Source of the DNA: Candidatus Moanibacter sp.
Lineage (GTDB): Bacteria > Verrucomicrobiota > Verrucomicrobiia > Opitutales > UBA2987
DNA length: 64,000 bases
NCBI GenBank assembly: GCA_965215885.1
Contig: CBDCEW010000104.1
Span: 224,001 to 288,000, forward strand
Reading direction: 5' to 3'
Shown: in pieces, positions 34,144-43,135 of the stretch
Position numbering within the stretch: position 1 is the first letter of the stretch
Layout of the letters: each line of letters opens with the position of its first letter
The notes under the pieces: generated by a model
What the model saw: only the letters and a program-made list of their open reading frames with translations
Databases searched by the model: none
What the model was told of the DNA's origin: nothing
Program-made: the position numbers and the translations under genes

Positions 34144-35592
34144 TCAGTTTTCAGATGCCTCGCTGACTTGCTGGTGGCACGCGATGTCGGGTTTCTTTTT
34201 CCACACTTCGGTAGCCTCTTCGAATGCCTGCGCTAACTGCAGGACGCCGAAGTCGTCCTGATGCCGGCCCACAATCTGGATCCCCACTGGCAATCCCTCG
34301 GCCGTAAATCCACATGGAACCGAGATAGCGGGGTGACCCGTCACGGAAATGTAATAACAGGACTTCATCCAATCGACGTAAGTTTCCATTTTCACGCCAT
34401 TGATCTCCTCGACGTAGCGTTGCTTGACATCGAATGGGGGCACCTGACTGACGGGGAGAACAAGAAATTCGTAGTCCTCCATAAAGATACGGACACGATG
34501 GTATAATTCGGTTCGCTTTTGCTCGGCCCGGGCAATCTCAGGTCCGGTCAGCTTCATGCCGGCTTCAACGTTCCAGATGACAGTGTCCTTAATTTGATCG
34601 CGATGAGTTTCAAGCAGAGCGCCGTAGTTGAGCTCGAATCGCCAGGCGCGCCACACCTTGAAGGCTTCGTCCGCGCCGGTGAAATCCGGCTCGGCACTTT
34701 CGACATTGCATCCCAGTTCCTCAAACACCGTGAGACGGTGGTCGAGAATCGCAGTTACACGGGGATCTACGGGAAGGCCGCCGAGATCGCGACTCCAGGC
34801 GATTCGGACGTCTTTGAAATCGCGCTCAAGTGGCAGCCGAAAATCCTCACCGGGCTCTGCGATTGCGATTGGAGAACGAGGATCGGGTCCGGCAATGGCG
34901 CTGAGCATGAGGGCGGCGTCTTCGACGGTGCGAGCCATAGGACCTTGAACAGGCAGGGGGTACCAGCCGGCGATATTCGGCCACGCGGGTACCCGGCCGG
35001 GAGATGTGCGGAAGCCAACGATATTGCAGTAGTTGGCCGGATTGCGGAGGGAACCACCGAGGTCGCTGCCGTCGGCGATCGGTACCATCCCGCAGGCGAG
35101 TGCGACAGCCGCGCCGCCACTGCTTCCACCGCAGGTCCTGGTGAGGTCGTAGGGATTGAGAGTCTCGCCAAATACTTCGTTGAAGGTTTGTGAACCCGCA
35201 CCGAATTCCGGCGTATTCGTCTTGCCTACCGTGATGGCGCCGGCCTGTTTGAGGCGCTCGACGATCAGGGCGTCGTGATCCGGGATAATGTCGGAGTATA
35301 TGGGAGACCCGAAGGTGGTGCGAATGTCCTTTGTCTCCACGAGGTCCTTGTGCGCAACGGGAAGGCCGTGAAGCGGCCCTATGGGCTCGCCGCGAGTAAT
35401 CGCAACATCTCTGGCAGTCGCCTCCTCTAGTGCCTTATCCGCAACGAGAGTGACAATAGCGTTGACCTTGGGATTGACTCGGTCGATCTGCGTGAGATGC
35501 GCCTCTATCACCTCCCTGACACTTAGCCTTTTATGCCGGATATGATCGGAGAGTTCGGTGGCAGTGAGGAAACAGAGTTCAGTGTTGGTCAT
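34144..35592 (-). CDS. Amidase signature family enzyme
   Basis: [32 protein letters not shown]. Confidence 0.93.
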   Translation of the reverse strand: MTNTELCFLTATELSDHIRHKRLSVREVIEAHLTQIDRVNPKVNAIVTLVADKALEEATARDVAITRGEPIGPLHGLPVAHKDLVETKDIRTTFGSPIYSDIIPDHDALIVERLKQAGAITVGKTNTPEFGAGSQTFNEVFGETLNPYDLTRTCGGSSGGAAVALACGMVPIADGSDLGGSLRNPANYCNIVGFRTSPGRVPAWPNIAGWYPLPVQGPMARTVEDAALMLSAIAGPDPRSPIAIAEPGEDFRLPLERDFKDVRIAWSRDLGGLPVDPRVTAILDHRLTVFEELGCNVESAEPDFTGADEAFKVWRAWRFELNYGALLETHRDQIKDTVIWNVEAGMKLTGPEIARAEQKRTELYHRVRIFMEDYEFLVLPVSQVPPFDVKQRYVEEINGVKMETYVDWMKSCYYISVTGHPAISVPCGFTAEGLPVGIQIVGRHQDDFGVLQLAQAFEEATEVWKKKPDIACHQQVSEASEN

Positions 35593-35765
35593 TGCTTCGA
35601 ATTTTCGTGAAAAAGCGATTCAGGTTCCTACAGTCAGAGTCTCGGAGGGAAGGTCTCCTTGTTCAGAATATGTCCGACCGCAAAATCACGGATGATGGTT
35701 CTGTCGCTAAGAGCCTGTTGGCAAAAGTCGACTGGTTCTCAGCCTAAATTTCTGAGAGATGCGCG

Positions 35766-37289
35766 TTAGCAGTTGTCCAACGTCCTGAGTTCCCGGCGCA
35801 TGACCTTTCCGGTGCTTGTCTTGGGCAAGTCATCGACGAATTGAATCGCGCGTGGAACTTTGTATGCCGCCAGGTGCTCCCGGCAATGTGCGAGGATAGC
35901 ATCGGAGTCTGGTTGAGTATTTTTTCTCGAAACGATGTAGGCTTTCGCCAGTTCGCCTTTCTCCTCGTCCGGAATACTTCCGACCGCTACCATCGCTACC
36001 GTTGAATGGCTCGCGATGACTCGTTCGATCTCGGCGGGGTAGATGTTGTAGCCAGCCGTGAGGATCATGTCCTTTTTGCGATCAACGATATAAACGCAGC
36101 CGTCTTCATCCATCGACGCCAGATCGCCTGAATGGAGCCACCCATCCGGTTCGATCGCTTCTCGTGTGGCTTCCTCGTTGCCGTAATAACCAAGCATTCG
36201 GAGCGGCCCGCGTACCATCAGTTCACCGACTTGCCCTGTCGACAGCGTCTTGGAAGGATCATCGTGAGCAGCAATACGAATTTCAGTGAAAGGTAGAGCG
36301 ATTCCGATCGAGCCATGTTTATTCGGGCCATAAAGGGGGAAGGTGGTTCCAAGCCCTGCGATCTCAGTCATACCCCAAAGCTCGATAAGAGGGCAACCGA
36401 AGCGTTCTTCCACCTCTTCCATCTTCGCAACAGGCATGGTCTGGCCGCCGACCGTGCATCGGGTAAGGCTGGAGAGATCGTAGCGGTCCAAATCAGGTGT
36501 GTTGAGAAGGTACATGTACATTGTTGGAACTCCTTCGAACATGGTTGCTCGGTGTGCCTGAATACTTTCCAGGATATCTTTTTCCACAAAACGTGGATGG
36601 AGCACGAGTGTCATACCGGTTAAGAATGCTCCGTTCATTATCACGTTTCCGTAGACATGGGCGCAGGGTAGGGCGCTCACGACCGTGTCGGCAGATGTGC
36701 GAATGTGCATTTGGGCGGTCATCGCAGAATTGAGGAGAACACTCTCGTGTTTGAGCATGCCGCCTTTGGGATGGCCCGTTGTTCCGGAAGTATATCCGAT
36801 TGTGGAGAGAGAGTCCGGGGGCACCTCGGCGATCTCGATGCCCGGTTTGTTTTCCGCAATCAGGTCGCTGAGGGCTCGAGCGCCTTCGGGAATCCGATCT
36901 CCGAAAAGAATAATCGCAGATACGTTGGATTTTTCCCGAATTCCGATGAGATCGCCTCCTTTATCCTGGGAGGCGATAATTGCCTTGGCGCCGCAATCAT
37001 TGACGACGAACTCTACCTCCGCGGGAGTGAGCATCACGTTGACGGGATTGATGACCGCCCCGATCTTCAGCACGGCGTAGTAGCTGACAATCCATTCCCA
37101 GCAATTGCCCGAGTAGAGGGTGACGCGGTCGCCCCGTCCAACACCGGCTCCGGAAAGTCCAGCCGCGGCCCGGTCCGACAGATCGTTGAGTTCCCTGAAT
37201 GAGAATTCCCGACCTTCGCAGACGAGGGCGCACTTATCGCCGAAACGATTCGCCGCCTGCGGTAGAATCTGGCCTAAGGAATCAAGCAT
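35766..37289 (-). CDS. Acyl-CoA ligase (AMP-binding)
   Basis: YTSGTTGHPKG, WGMTE, SGD, DRKKD, PKTSTGK. Confidence 0.92.
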   Translation of the reverse strand: MLDSLGQILPQAANRFGDKCALVCEGREFSFRELNDLSDRAAAGLSGAGVGRGDRVTLYSGNCWEWIVSYYAVLKIGAVINPVNVMLTPAEVEFVVNDCGAKAIIASQDKGGDLIGIREKSNVSAIILFGDRIPEGARALSDLIAENKPGIEIAEVPPDSLSTIGYTSGTTGHPKGGMLKHESVLLNSAMTAQMHIRTSADTVVSALPCAHVYGNVIMNGAFLTGMTLVLHPRFVEKDILESIQAHRATMFEGVPTMYMYLLNTPDLDRYDLSSLTRCTVGGQTMPVAKMEEVEERFGCPLIELWGMTEIAGLGTTFPLYGPNKHGSIGIALPFTEIRIAAHDDPSKTLSTGQVGELMVRGPLRMLGYYGNEEATREAIEPDGWLHSGDLASMDEDGCVYIVDRKKDMILTAGYNIYPAEIERVIASHSTVAMVAVGSIPDEEKGELAKAYIVSRKNTQPDSDAILAHCREHLAAYKVPRAIQFVDDLPKTSTGKVMRRELRTLDNC

Positions 37290-37354
37290 GATTAGAAAGG
37301 TTCAGCATGAGTTGCTCCATTCCGGAGCACAAGACTTTGCTAATTATTCCGATT

Positions 37355-38673
37355 CACTACTGTCCGGTTGTTTTTCTAGGAACGCAGGTTAATCGATTGA
37401 TAACCAACATTTTACATATGATTTCTGCTGTTTTCGACTTGAAATTGCAAAAAGCCTTGTGGACTCTCAAAAATTTCGAGGGTCCAAATCATGTATACAG
37501 GTCGATTCGTTTTTTCTCAAATCATAGATTATCTTCCGCGCCATCAGTTCCATCGTTGCGTCCAACGCTACGGAGGCGACTACAAAGTTCAAAAGTTCAG
37601 TTGCTTCGAACAATTTCTCTGCATGGGTTTTGCCGAGTTGACCTACCGGGAGAGTCTGCGCGACATCGAAACCTGCCTGCGGGCAGTACAACCAAAACTA
37701 TACCACGCAGGGATTCGAAGCGGAGTATCCAAAAGCACGCTCGCCGATGCCAACGAGAAACGAGACTGGCGCATCTACGCCGACTTTGCACAGGTCCTCA
37801 TCGCAATGGCTCGTCCTTTGTATTCAAACGAGGATCTGGGCATCGACCTGGACAATACGCTCTACGCTCTGGACTCCACCACGATCGATCTATGTCTATC
37901 ACTCTTCCCGTGGGCACGTTTCCGCAAGCACAAGGGGGCGGTGAAGGTCCATACGCTTCTCGATCTCAGAGGCTCTATCCCTTATTTTATCGAGATTACC
38001 GATGGAAAAGTTCACGACGTAAACATTCTGGATCTCATCATCCCCGAGGCCGGTGCTTACTATGTAATGGACCGAGCCTATCTGCATTACGAGCGCCTCT
38101 ATCGGATCGCACAATGCGGTTCTTTCTTCGTCACACGCGCCCGCCGCGGCTTTCAGTTTCGCCGCCTCTACTCTCAAAAGGTCGACAAATCAACCGGTCT
38201 GCGTTCGGACCAGACCGTTGCCCTGGTCAGCTTCTATCCTGCCAAGGCCTACCCCGAAAGACTCCGGCGTATCACTTACCTCGACCCCGACAGTTCCGAG
38301 CGCTTCGTGTTTCTCACCAACCAGTTTGCCCTCCCAGCCATAATCATCACCCAGATTTACCGTTTACGCTGGCAGATCGAATTGTTCTTCAAATGGATCA
38401 AACAGCACTTGCGCATCAAGAGCTTTTTCGGCACCTCCGAGAATGCTGTGAAGACTCAAATCTGGATTGCCGTCAGCGTCTATGTGCTCATCGCCATCAT
38501 CCGCAAACGCCTTCGCCTGGAGATCAGTTTGCACAAAATCCTACAGATTCTCAGCTTCACCCTATTTGAGAAAACTCCTATGACTGAACTACTTACAGAA
38601 ACCGATTACACTTTCAATGAACACCGCATTCCTAAACAGTTGGAGTTGTTTGACTTATAACCGGACAGTACTG
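37355..38673 (+). mobile_element. IS4-family IS with intact transposase (37491-38660)
   Basis: IRs CACTACTGTCCGGTT / AACCGGACAGTACTG; 9-bp TSD ATTCCGATT; DSTT, DRAY, YRLRWQIELFFKWIKQ (YREK). Confidence 0.95.
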
Positions 38674-38842
38674 ATTCCGATTAATAAATCCGGTGAAGGT
38701 TCCCGAGACTATTTCGCATACTGGGGTAGCAGGATCGCCTGTGGTGAGCAACGTCGAACCGCTGCGCGATTCGGTCCGATTGGGAATAGAAATTGGGGAA
38801 TAATCGATTCTGCTGAAAAAGTCGTCTTTCCGGAATCCGCGA

Positions 38843-38915
38843 CCACGTTCTTGCGAACGCGGCTACTGTGCTCCGTAAGTTGTTGATATGTGTAGCCGCG
38901 TTCGCAAGAACGTGG
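38843..38915. repeat. REPIN 3, lying between a second pair of GTAG-REPs (38726-38774 and 38967-38991)
   Basis: Same doublet with a 25-nt spacer; flanking GTAGC(C/A)GGATCG..GCGCGATTCGG. Confidence 0.8.
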
Positions 38916-39069
38916 GAGTTCTTCAGCTGAATCATAATTGAGAATTGACCCTCTGGATTCGGTATACCGAATCGCGCGGCGATCCGGCTACGGAATTAAG
39001 ATCGTAGTCAAGTAACACTCCGAAGTTGGAACATTGAAATCGCTAAGCAAATCGTAATTAAATGGACCA

Positions 39070-40629
39070 TTGTCAGGAGAAAAGTCGGTGATTACCGGTA
39101 ACACACTTATCGAACTCGGTTGGCGGCCGGGCCCGGAATTGGGTCGGGCCCTGGCACGTGGAAGGATACTATTGTCCGAGGGAAATTCGCTGAAGGAGAC
39201 TCTTGCTTTACTTGAAGCGGGATACCCGAAAAGGCCGCCGCAAAGACAGACAATGCTCTCAAGGCCGGTACCCTGGAGTGAGGCGATTGCAGCGGAGTCA
39301 TCCGAGGATGAGGAAAATATCGATAAGATCCGAAAAAAGATGGATGAGCTTATGCGTACTCCGGTCATCAAAAAGGGTGCCGTAATGCCGGACGCTTGTC
39401 CCGCGGGAATGGCGCATGCCACAATCCCGGTCGGAGGCGCCATCGTTTCGGAAGGTATTCATCCCGGTGTTCACTCGGCCGACATCTGTTGTTCGATGTC
39501 GGTTACGCTTTTTCTGTCTAAGAAGGAGACGGGGGAATTGCTTGATGCCTTGATGCAATCAACGCGGTTTGGTCCGGGAGGGCGCCCCCAAGGGGATCGG
39601 GTCGCGCATCCCGTCCTAAAAGAGCAAGTTTGGTCAAACAGGTTTTTGAAAGACTTCGAGCATCTTGCGGAGATTCATATGGCGGATCAGGGCGATGGAA
39701 ATCACTTCGCCTTTATTGGCGAGTTGGAACTCTCATCGAATGAAGTTGAATTGCTGCGGCGAAATGGCTATGGCCATCTGGCAAGCTCTTTGGAGACGGT
39801 TGAGATGGCGTGTAAGGCTCTGGTTACCCATCACGGATCCAGGGGATTAGGGGCGCGCGTTTATAAACGGGGAATGGATGCAGCCATCAAGCAAACGGAA
39901 TTGAGTTGTGCGGGAGTTCCAAAAGCCGCCGCGTGGTTGGATCCTTCAACACCGGAAGGGATGGAATATTGGGAAGCGTTGCAATATGTGGGCCGATGGA
40001 CAGAGGCAAACCACCGGTCAATTCACGAGCGTTTTCTAAGTCGGAGTGGGGTTGGGTTTCTAGCGGAATTCGGCAATGAACATAATTTCGTCTGGAAACG
40101 CGACGATGGATATTATCATGGGAAAGGTGCGACACCTTCGTGGAAAGACCAGAAAGGGCGGCCGCTAATCGGCGCCATTCCAATGAACATGGGTTCCTCG
40201 ATCCTGCTTGTCCTGGGGAGCGATAACGATGATTTTTGCTCATTCGCTCCCCACGGTGCGGGTAGAAATGTCTCTCGCAGGCAGGTTACCAGGCGATTCG
40301 AGGACGAGGAAGGCAGACTTTTGCCCGGAAAGGTTCAAGCGGTTTTAGAGGACACAACGAAAGGGCTGGATATCCGCTGGTTCACCGGCAAACCGGATAT
40401 CAGTGAGGCGCCGATCGCCTATAAGAGTGCGGAGCAGGTGCGAAATCAGATTGAAAGGTTTAACCTCGCCACGATCTTTGGCGAAATTAAACCCTTGGGT
40501 TGCATTATGGCCGGCGATCCCGGCGAGCCTTTCTGGATGAAAAAGAGACGAGAAAAGAAGCTCCGACATCGAAGGGATCGGAAGGCGGCAAGACGTGCCA
40601 TAAGGGGAGGGGACTGGGAAGAGCTGTGA
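39070..40629 (+). CDS. rtcB: RtcB-family RNA ligase
   Basis: MPDAC, SADICC, GDGNHF, THHGSRG, HN, HGKGAT, PHGAGR, EAPIAYK. Confidence 0.9.
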   Translation: MSGEKSVITGNTLIELGWRPGPELGRALARGRILLSEGNSLKETLALLEAGYPKRPPQRQTMLSRPVPWSEAIAAESSEDEENIDKIRKKMDELMRTPVIKKGAVMPDACPAGMAHATIPVGGAIVSEGIHPGVHSADICCSMSVTLFLSKKETGELLDALMQSTRFGPGGRPQGDRVAHPVLKEQVWSNRFLKDFEHLAEIHMADQGDGNHFAFIGELELSSNEVELLRRNGYGHLASSLETVEMACKALVTHHGSRGLGARVYKRGMDAAIKQTELSCAGVPKAAAWLDPSTPEGMEYWEALQYVGRWTEANHRSIHERFLSRSGVGFLAEFGNEHNFVWKRDDGYYHGKGATPSWKDQKGRPLIGAIPMNMGSSILLVLGSDNDDFCSFAPHGAGRNVSRRQVTRRFEDEEGRLLPGKVQAVLEDTTKGLDIRWFTGKPDISEAPIAYKSAEQVRNQIERFNLATIFGEIKPLGCIMAGDPGEPFWMKKRREKKLRHRRDRKAARRAIRGGDWEEL

Positions 40630-40682
40630 ATTGGTAACGGGGCGGCCTCCCGTTCCGACAGATGCCGGTTCGCGCAGGCGGT

Positions 40683-42677
40683 TCATCCCCCTCGCGCGAT
40701 GCGCTGTACCTTGTGTTTTGTCACGGTATTGCCTCGCGCTCCCCGTCCTTTGATTCCGATCGTCGAAAAATCGAATTCGATGACTTTCTTTCTGGCCCGG
40801 GATTTGGGATCGAGATGGAGCAGAACTCTGTTGTCGGGGTCGCCGTTTTCCTGGTGAGCAAAATAGAGAACTCTTGTGCCTATATTGCCTTGGGCGAGAT
40901 CGTAGACTTTGTTGCGAGTGACTCCTCCGACTTGAAACTTCTTCGCATATGTCCGGCCCGACTTGCCGTCGCGATAGATCATAGCGTAGGTACTTTCCAC
41001 TCCCTTCCTGAAGATAGCCAAATGAGCTGGATTCTTTCCCACAAAAGCCTTATCAGAAATCTTTGAAACCAGCATGGTTCCGTCGCGGCGAAAGACAATA
41101 ACATCGTCCATGCGCGAACATTTTTCTATTCTTTGGTCTCGCTTCAAGCCGTAACCGGCGAAGCCTTCTTTGGCATTGAGATACAGACTCTCTGTCGCGA
41201 CGGCGACTTTCGCTGCCACAATTTTATCGAAAGAATCGATCCTGGTTTTCCTTACACGATCTAACCCGAAAGTCTCTTTTAACCCTTCGAAGTAGCGGAT
41301 CGCATATCGAGTTAAATTCTTGAGATTCTTCTGCACGACTGTGATCTCGCCTTCCAATCTCTCAATCTCCTCAGCAGCCTTCATGCTGTCGTAACGGGAT
41401 ATCCGTTTAATTCGAATTTCCAGGAGTCGAACGATGTCATCGCGAGTGATCTTTCGTTTGAGGAGCTTGCAGTACGGTGCCAGACCCTGATCAACCGCTT
41501 GCAGGACGGTTTCCCAGGTAGTCATTTTCTCGATTCTGCGATATATCCTTTTTTGAATAAAGATCTTCTCCAGAGATGCAAAGTGCCAACGTTCATTCAA
41601 TTCGCTTAGCTTGATCTGCAGTTCGCTTTTCAGAAGTTCTCTTGTACGTTTGGCAGATCGTTTGAGAAGCTCGCTAACGGAAAGGAAGCGGGGTGTTTGT
41701 TCATCGATGACGCAAGCGTTCGGAGAAATTGATACTTCACAATCGGTGAACGCGAAGAGAGCCTGCACAGCGTGTTCGGGATCGGTGCCGGGAGGGAGTT
41801 GGATGAGTATCTCGACGTTCTCGGCTGTATTGTCTTCGATCTTGCTGATCTTGATTCGTCCCTTTTGATTGGCGGAAAGGACGGAGTCGATTAGAGAGCT
41901 TGTCGTTGTCGTGAAGGGTATCTCGTGGATGATCAACCGGGTCTTCTTAACAATCTCGATTCGGGCCCGGCTGCGTACCCTGCCTCCGCGCAGACCATCG
42001 TTGTACTCGGAAAAGTCTGCAATTCCTCCGGTTGGGAAATCGGGAAAAATTCGGGGATTTTTCCGGCGCAGCGCGTCGATTGCGCCGTCGATGATCTCAT
42101 TAAAGTTGTGGGGTAGGATCCTCGTCGAAAGACCTACCGCGATTCCTTCGGCGCCCTGAGCCAGGAGAAGGGGGAACTTTGCCGGGAGCGTTACAGGTTC
42201 TCTGTTCCGACCGTCATAAGAGAGTGCCCATTCCGTGATTTTGTCGCTGAAGAGAATCTCAAGTGCGAACCTGGAGAGACGTGCTTCAATGTAGCGCGCC
42301 GCCGCCGCTGGATCGCCCGTGGCGGTGTTTCCCCAGTTACCCTGAGCGTCAATGAGGAATTCCTTCTGACCGAGCTGAATGAGCGCGTCCCTGATTGCGT
42401 CGTCCCCGTGGGGGTGATATTTCATGGAGTTTCCGACAATGTTGGCCACTTTGTTATAGCGGCCGTCTTCCAATTCCTTCATCGAGTGAAGGATGCGCCT
42501 TTGGACCGGCTTAAGGCCGTCGTCAATGTTCGGTACGGCGCGTTCCAGAATGACATAGGATGCGTAGTCGAGAAACCATTCACCGTACATTTCGTCGACA
42601 TGTGCCACAGTCGGTTCGGCGCTGCCAGACGGAGGCCGTTTGCGACTCTCAGTTCTTCTCTCTTTCCGTTTTGGCAT
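40683..42677 (-). CDS. parC: DNA topoisomerase IV subunit A (GyrA/ParC family, short type)
   Basis: DGLKPVQRRIL, YHPHGD, AAARYIEARL. Confidence 0.88.
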   Translation of the reverse strand: MPKRKERRTESRKRPPSGSAEPTVAHVDEMYGEWFLDYASYVILERAVPNIDDGLKPVQRRILHSMKELEDGRYNKVANIVGNSMKYHPHGDDAIRDALIQLGQKEFLIDAQGNWGNTATGDPAAAARYIEARLSRFALEILFSDKITEWALSYDGRNREPVTLPAKFPLLLAQGAEGIAVGLSTRILPHNFNEIIDGAIDALRRKNPRIFPDFPTGGIADFSEYNDGLRGGRVRSRARIEIVKKTRLIIHEIPFTTTTSSLIDSVLSANQKGRIKISKIEDNTAENVEILIQLPPGTDPEHAVQALFAFTDCEVSISPNACVIDEQTPRFLSVSELLKRSAKRTRELLKSELQIKLSELNERWHFASLEKIFIQKRIYRRIEKMTTWETVLQAVDQGLAPYCKLLKRKITRDDIVRLLEIRIKRISRYDSMKAAEEIERLEGEITVVQKNLKNLTRYAIRYFEGLKETFGLDRVRKTRIDSFDKIVAAKVAVATESLYLNAKEGFAGYGLKRDQRIEKCSRMDDVIVFRRDGTMLVSKISDKAFVGKNPAHLAIFRKGVESTYAMIYRDGKSGRTYAKKFQVGGVTRNKVYDLAQGNIGTRVLYFAHQENGDPDNRVLLHLDPKSRARKKVIEFDFSTIGIKGRGARGNTVTKHKVQRIARGG

Positions 42678-42758
42678 TACTGAACTCGAAAGTTGAAAAG
42701 GAACACTTGCTACGATTCTACTCGAACGCGAATGCGTCCGGCTACCAATTCGTCAATA

Positions 42759-42989
42759 TCAGTCATATTCTTTCGTAGCCGGAGCGCTTCGCGCTTCGGA
42801 CTTCCCAAGTTCCATCCTATAAATCTTCCAGAATCGCTCGCGAAAGTTATTCTGTCGCCAGTCGAGATTCGGACATCCGGAGGCCAGACTTCCCGAATAC
42901 TGCCAGTCACTCGAATGCTCCACGAGTCCTCCGCGAACCGGATTCTCAGCAATGTAATAGAGGTGCGACGCATTGCGAGAAAGTCTTGA
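42759..42989 (-). pseudogene. 3' remnant of a REP-associated tyrosine transposase (RAYT/TnpA-REP, Y1 HUH)
   Basis: A frame absent from the ORF track reads YYIAENPVRGGLVEHSSDWQYSG...FWKIY; GTAG-REP doublet at its 3' end (42723-42799). Confidence 0.75.
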
Positions 42990-42992
42990 TCA

Positions 42993-43122
42993 CCTGCCGG
43001 GCAAGCCGGCAGGGGGATCGCGGGTACGACCTGGATGTAGTTCGACTGGCGGACAAGCCGGCAGGGGGGATTGTGAATGTGATCTGGAAGTGGTTTGCCT
43101 GCCGGGTAAGCCGGCAGGGGGG
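42993..43122. repeat. ~53-bp tandem repeat (about 2.5 units) containing the hairpin CCTGCCGG-GCAAG-CCGGCAGG
   Basis: Units start at 42993, 43045 and 43098; the linkers are also homologous. Confidence 0.75.
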
Positions 43123-43135
43123 AATCGAACTTACC

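Noticed and set aside
37307..38569. 420-aa alternative-frame ORF
   Set aside because: Shadow of the IS4 transposase with no motif
42710..42973. 87-aa ORF from the track
   Set aside because: No recognisable motif; the overlapping frame carries the RAYT signature
42993..43122. CRISPR-like repeat/spacer pattern
   Set aside because: The spacers are homologous to each other, there are only three hairpins, and no cas genes are present; it is a tandem repeat
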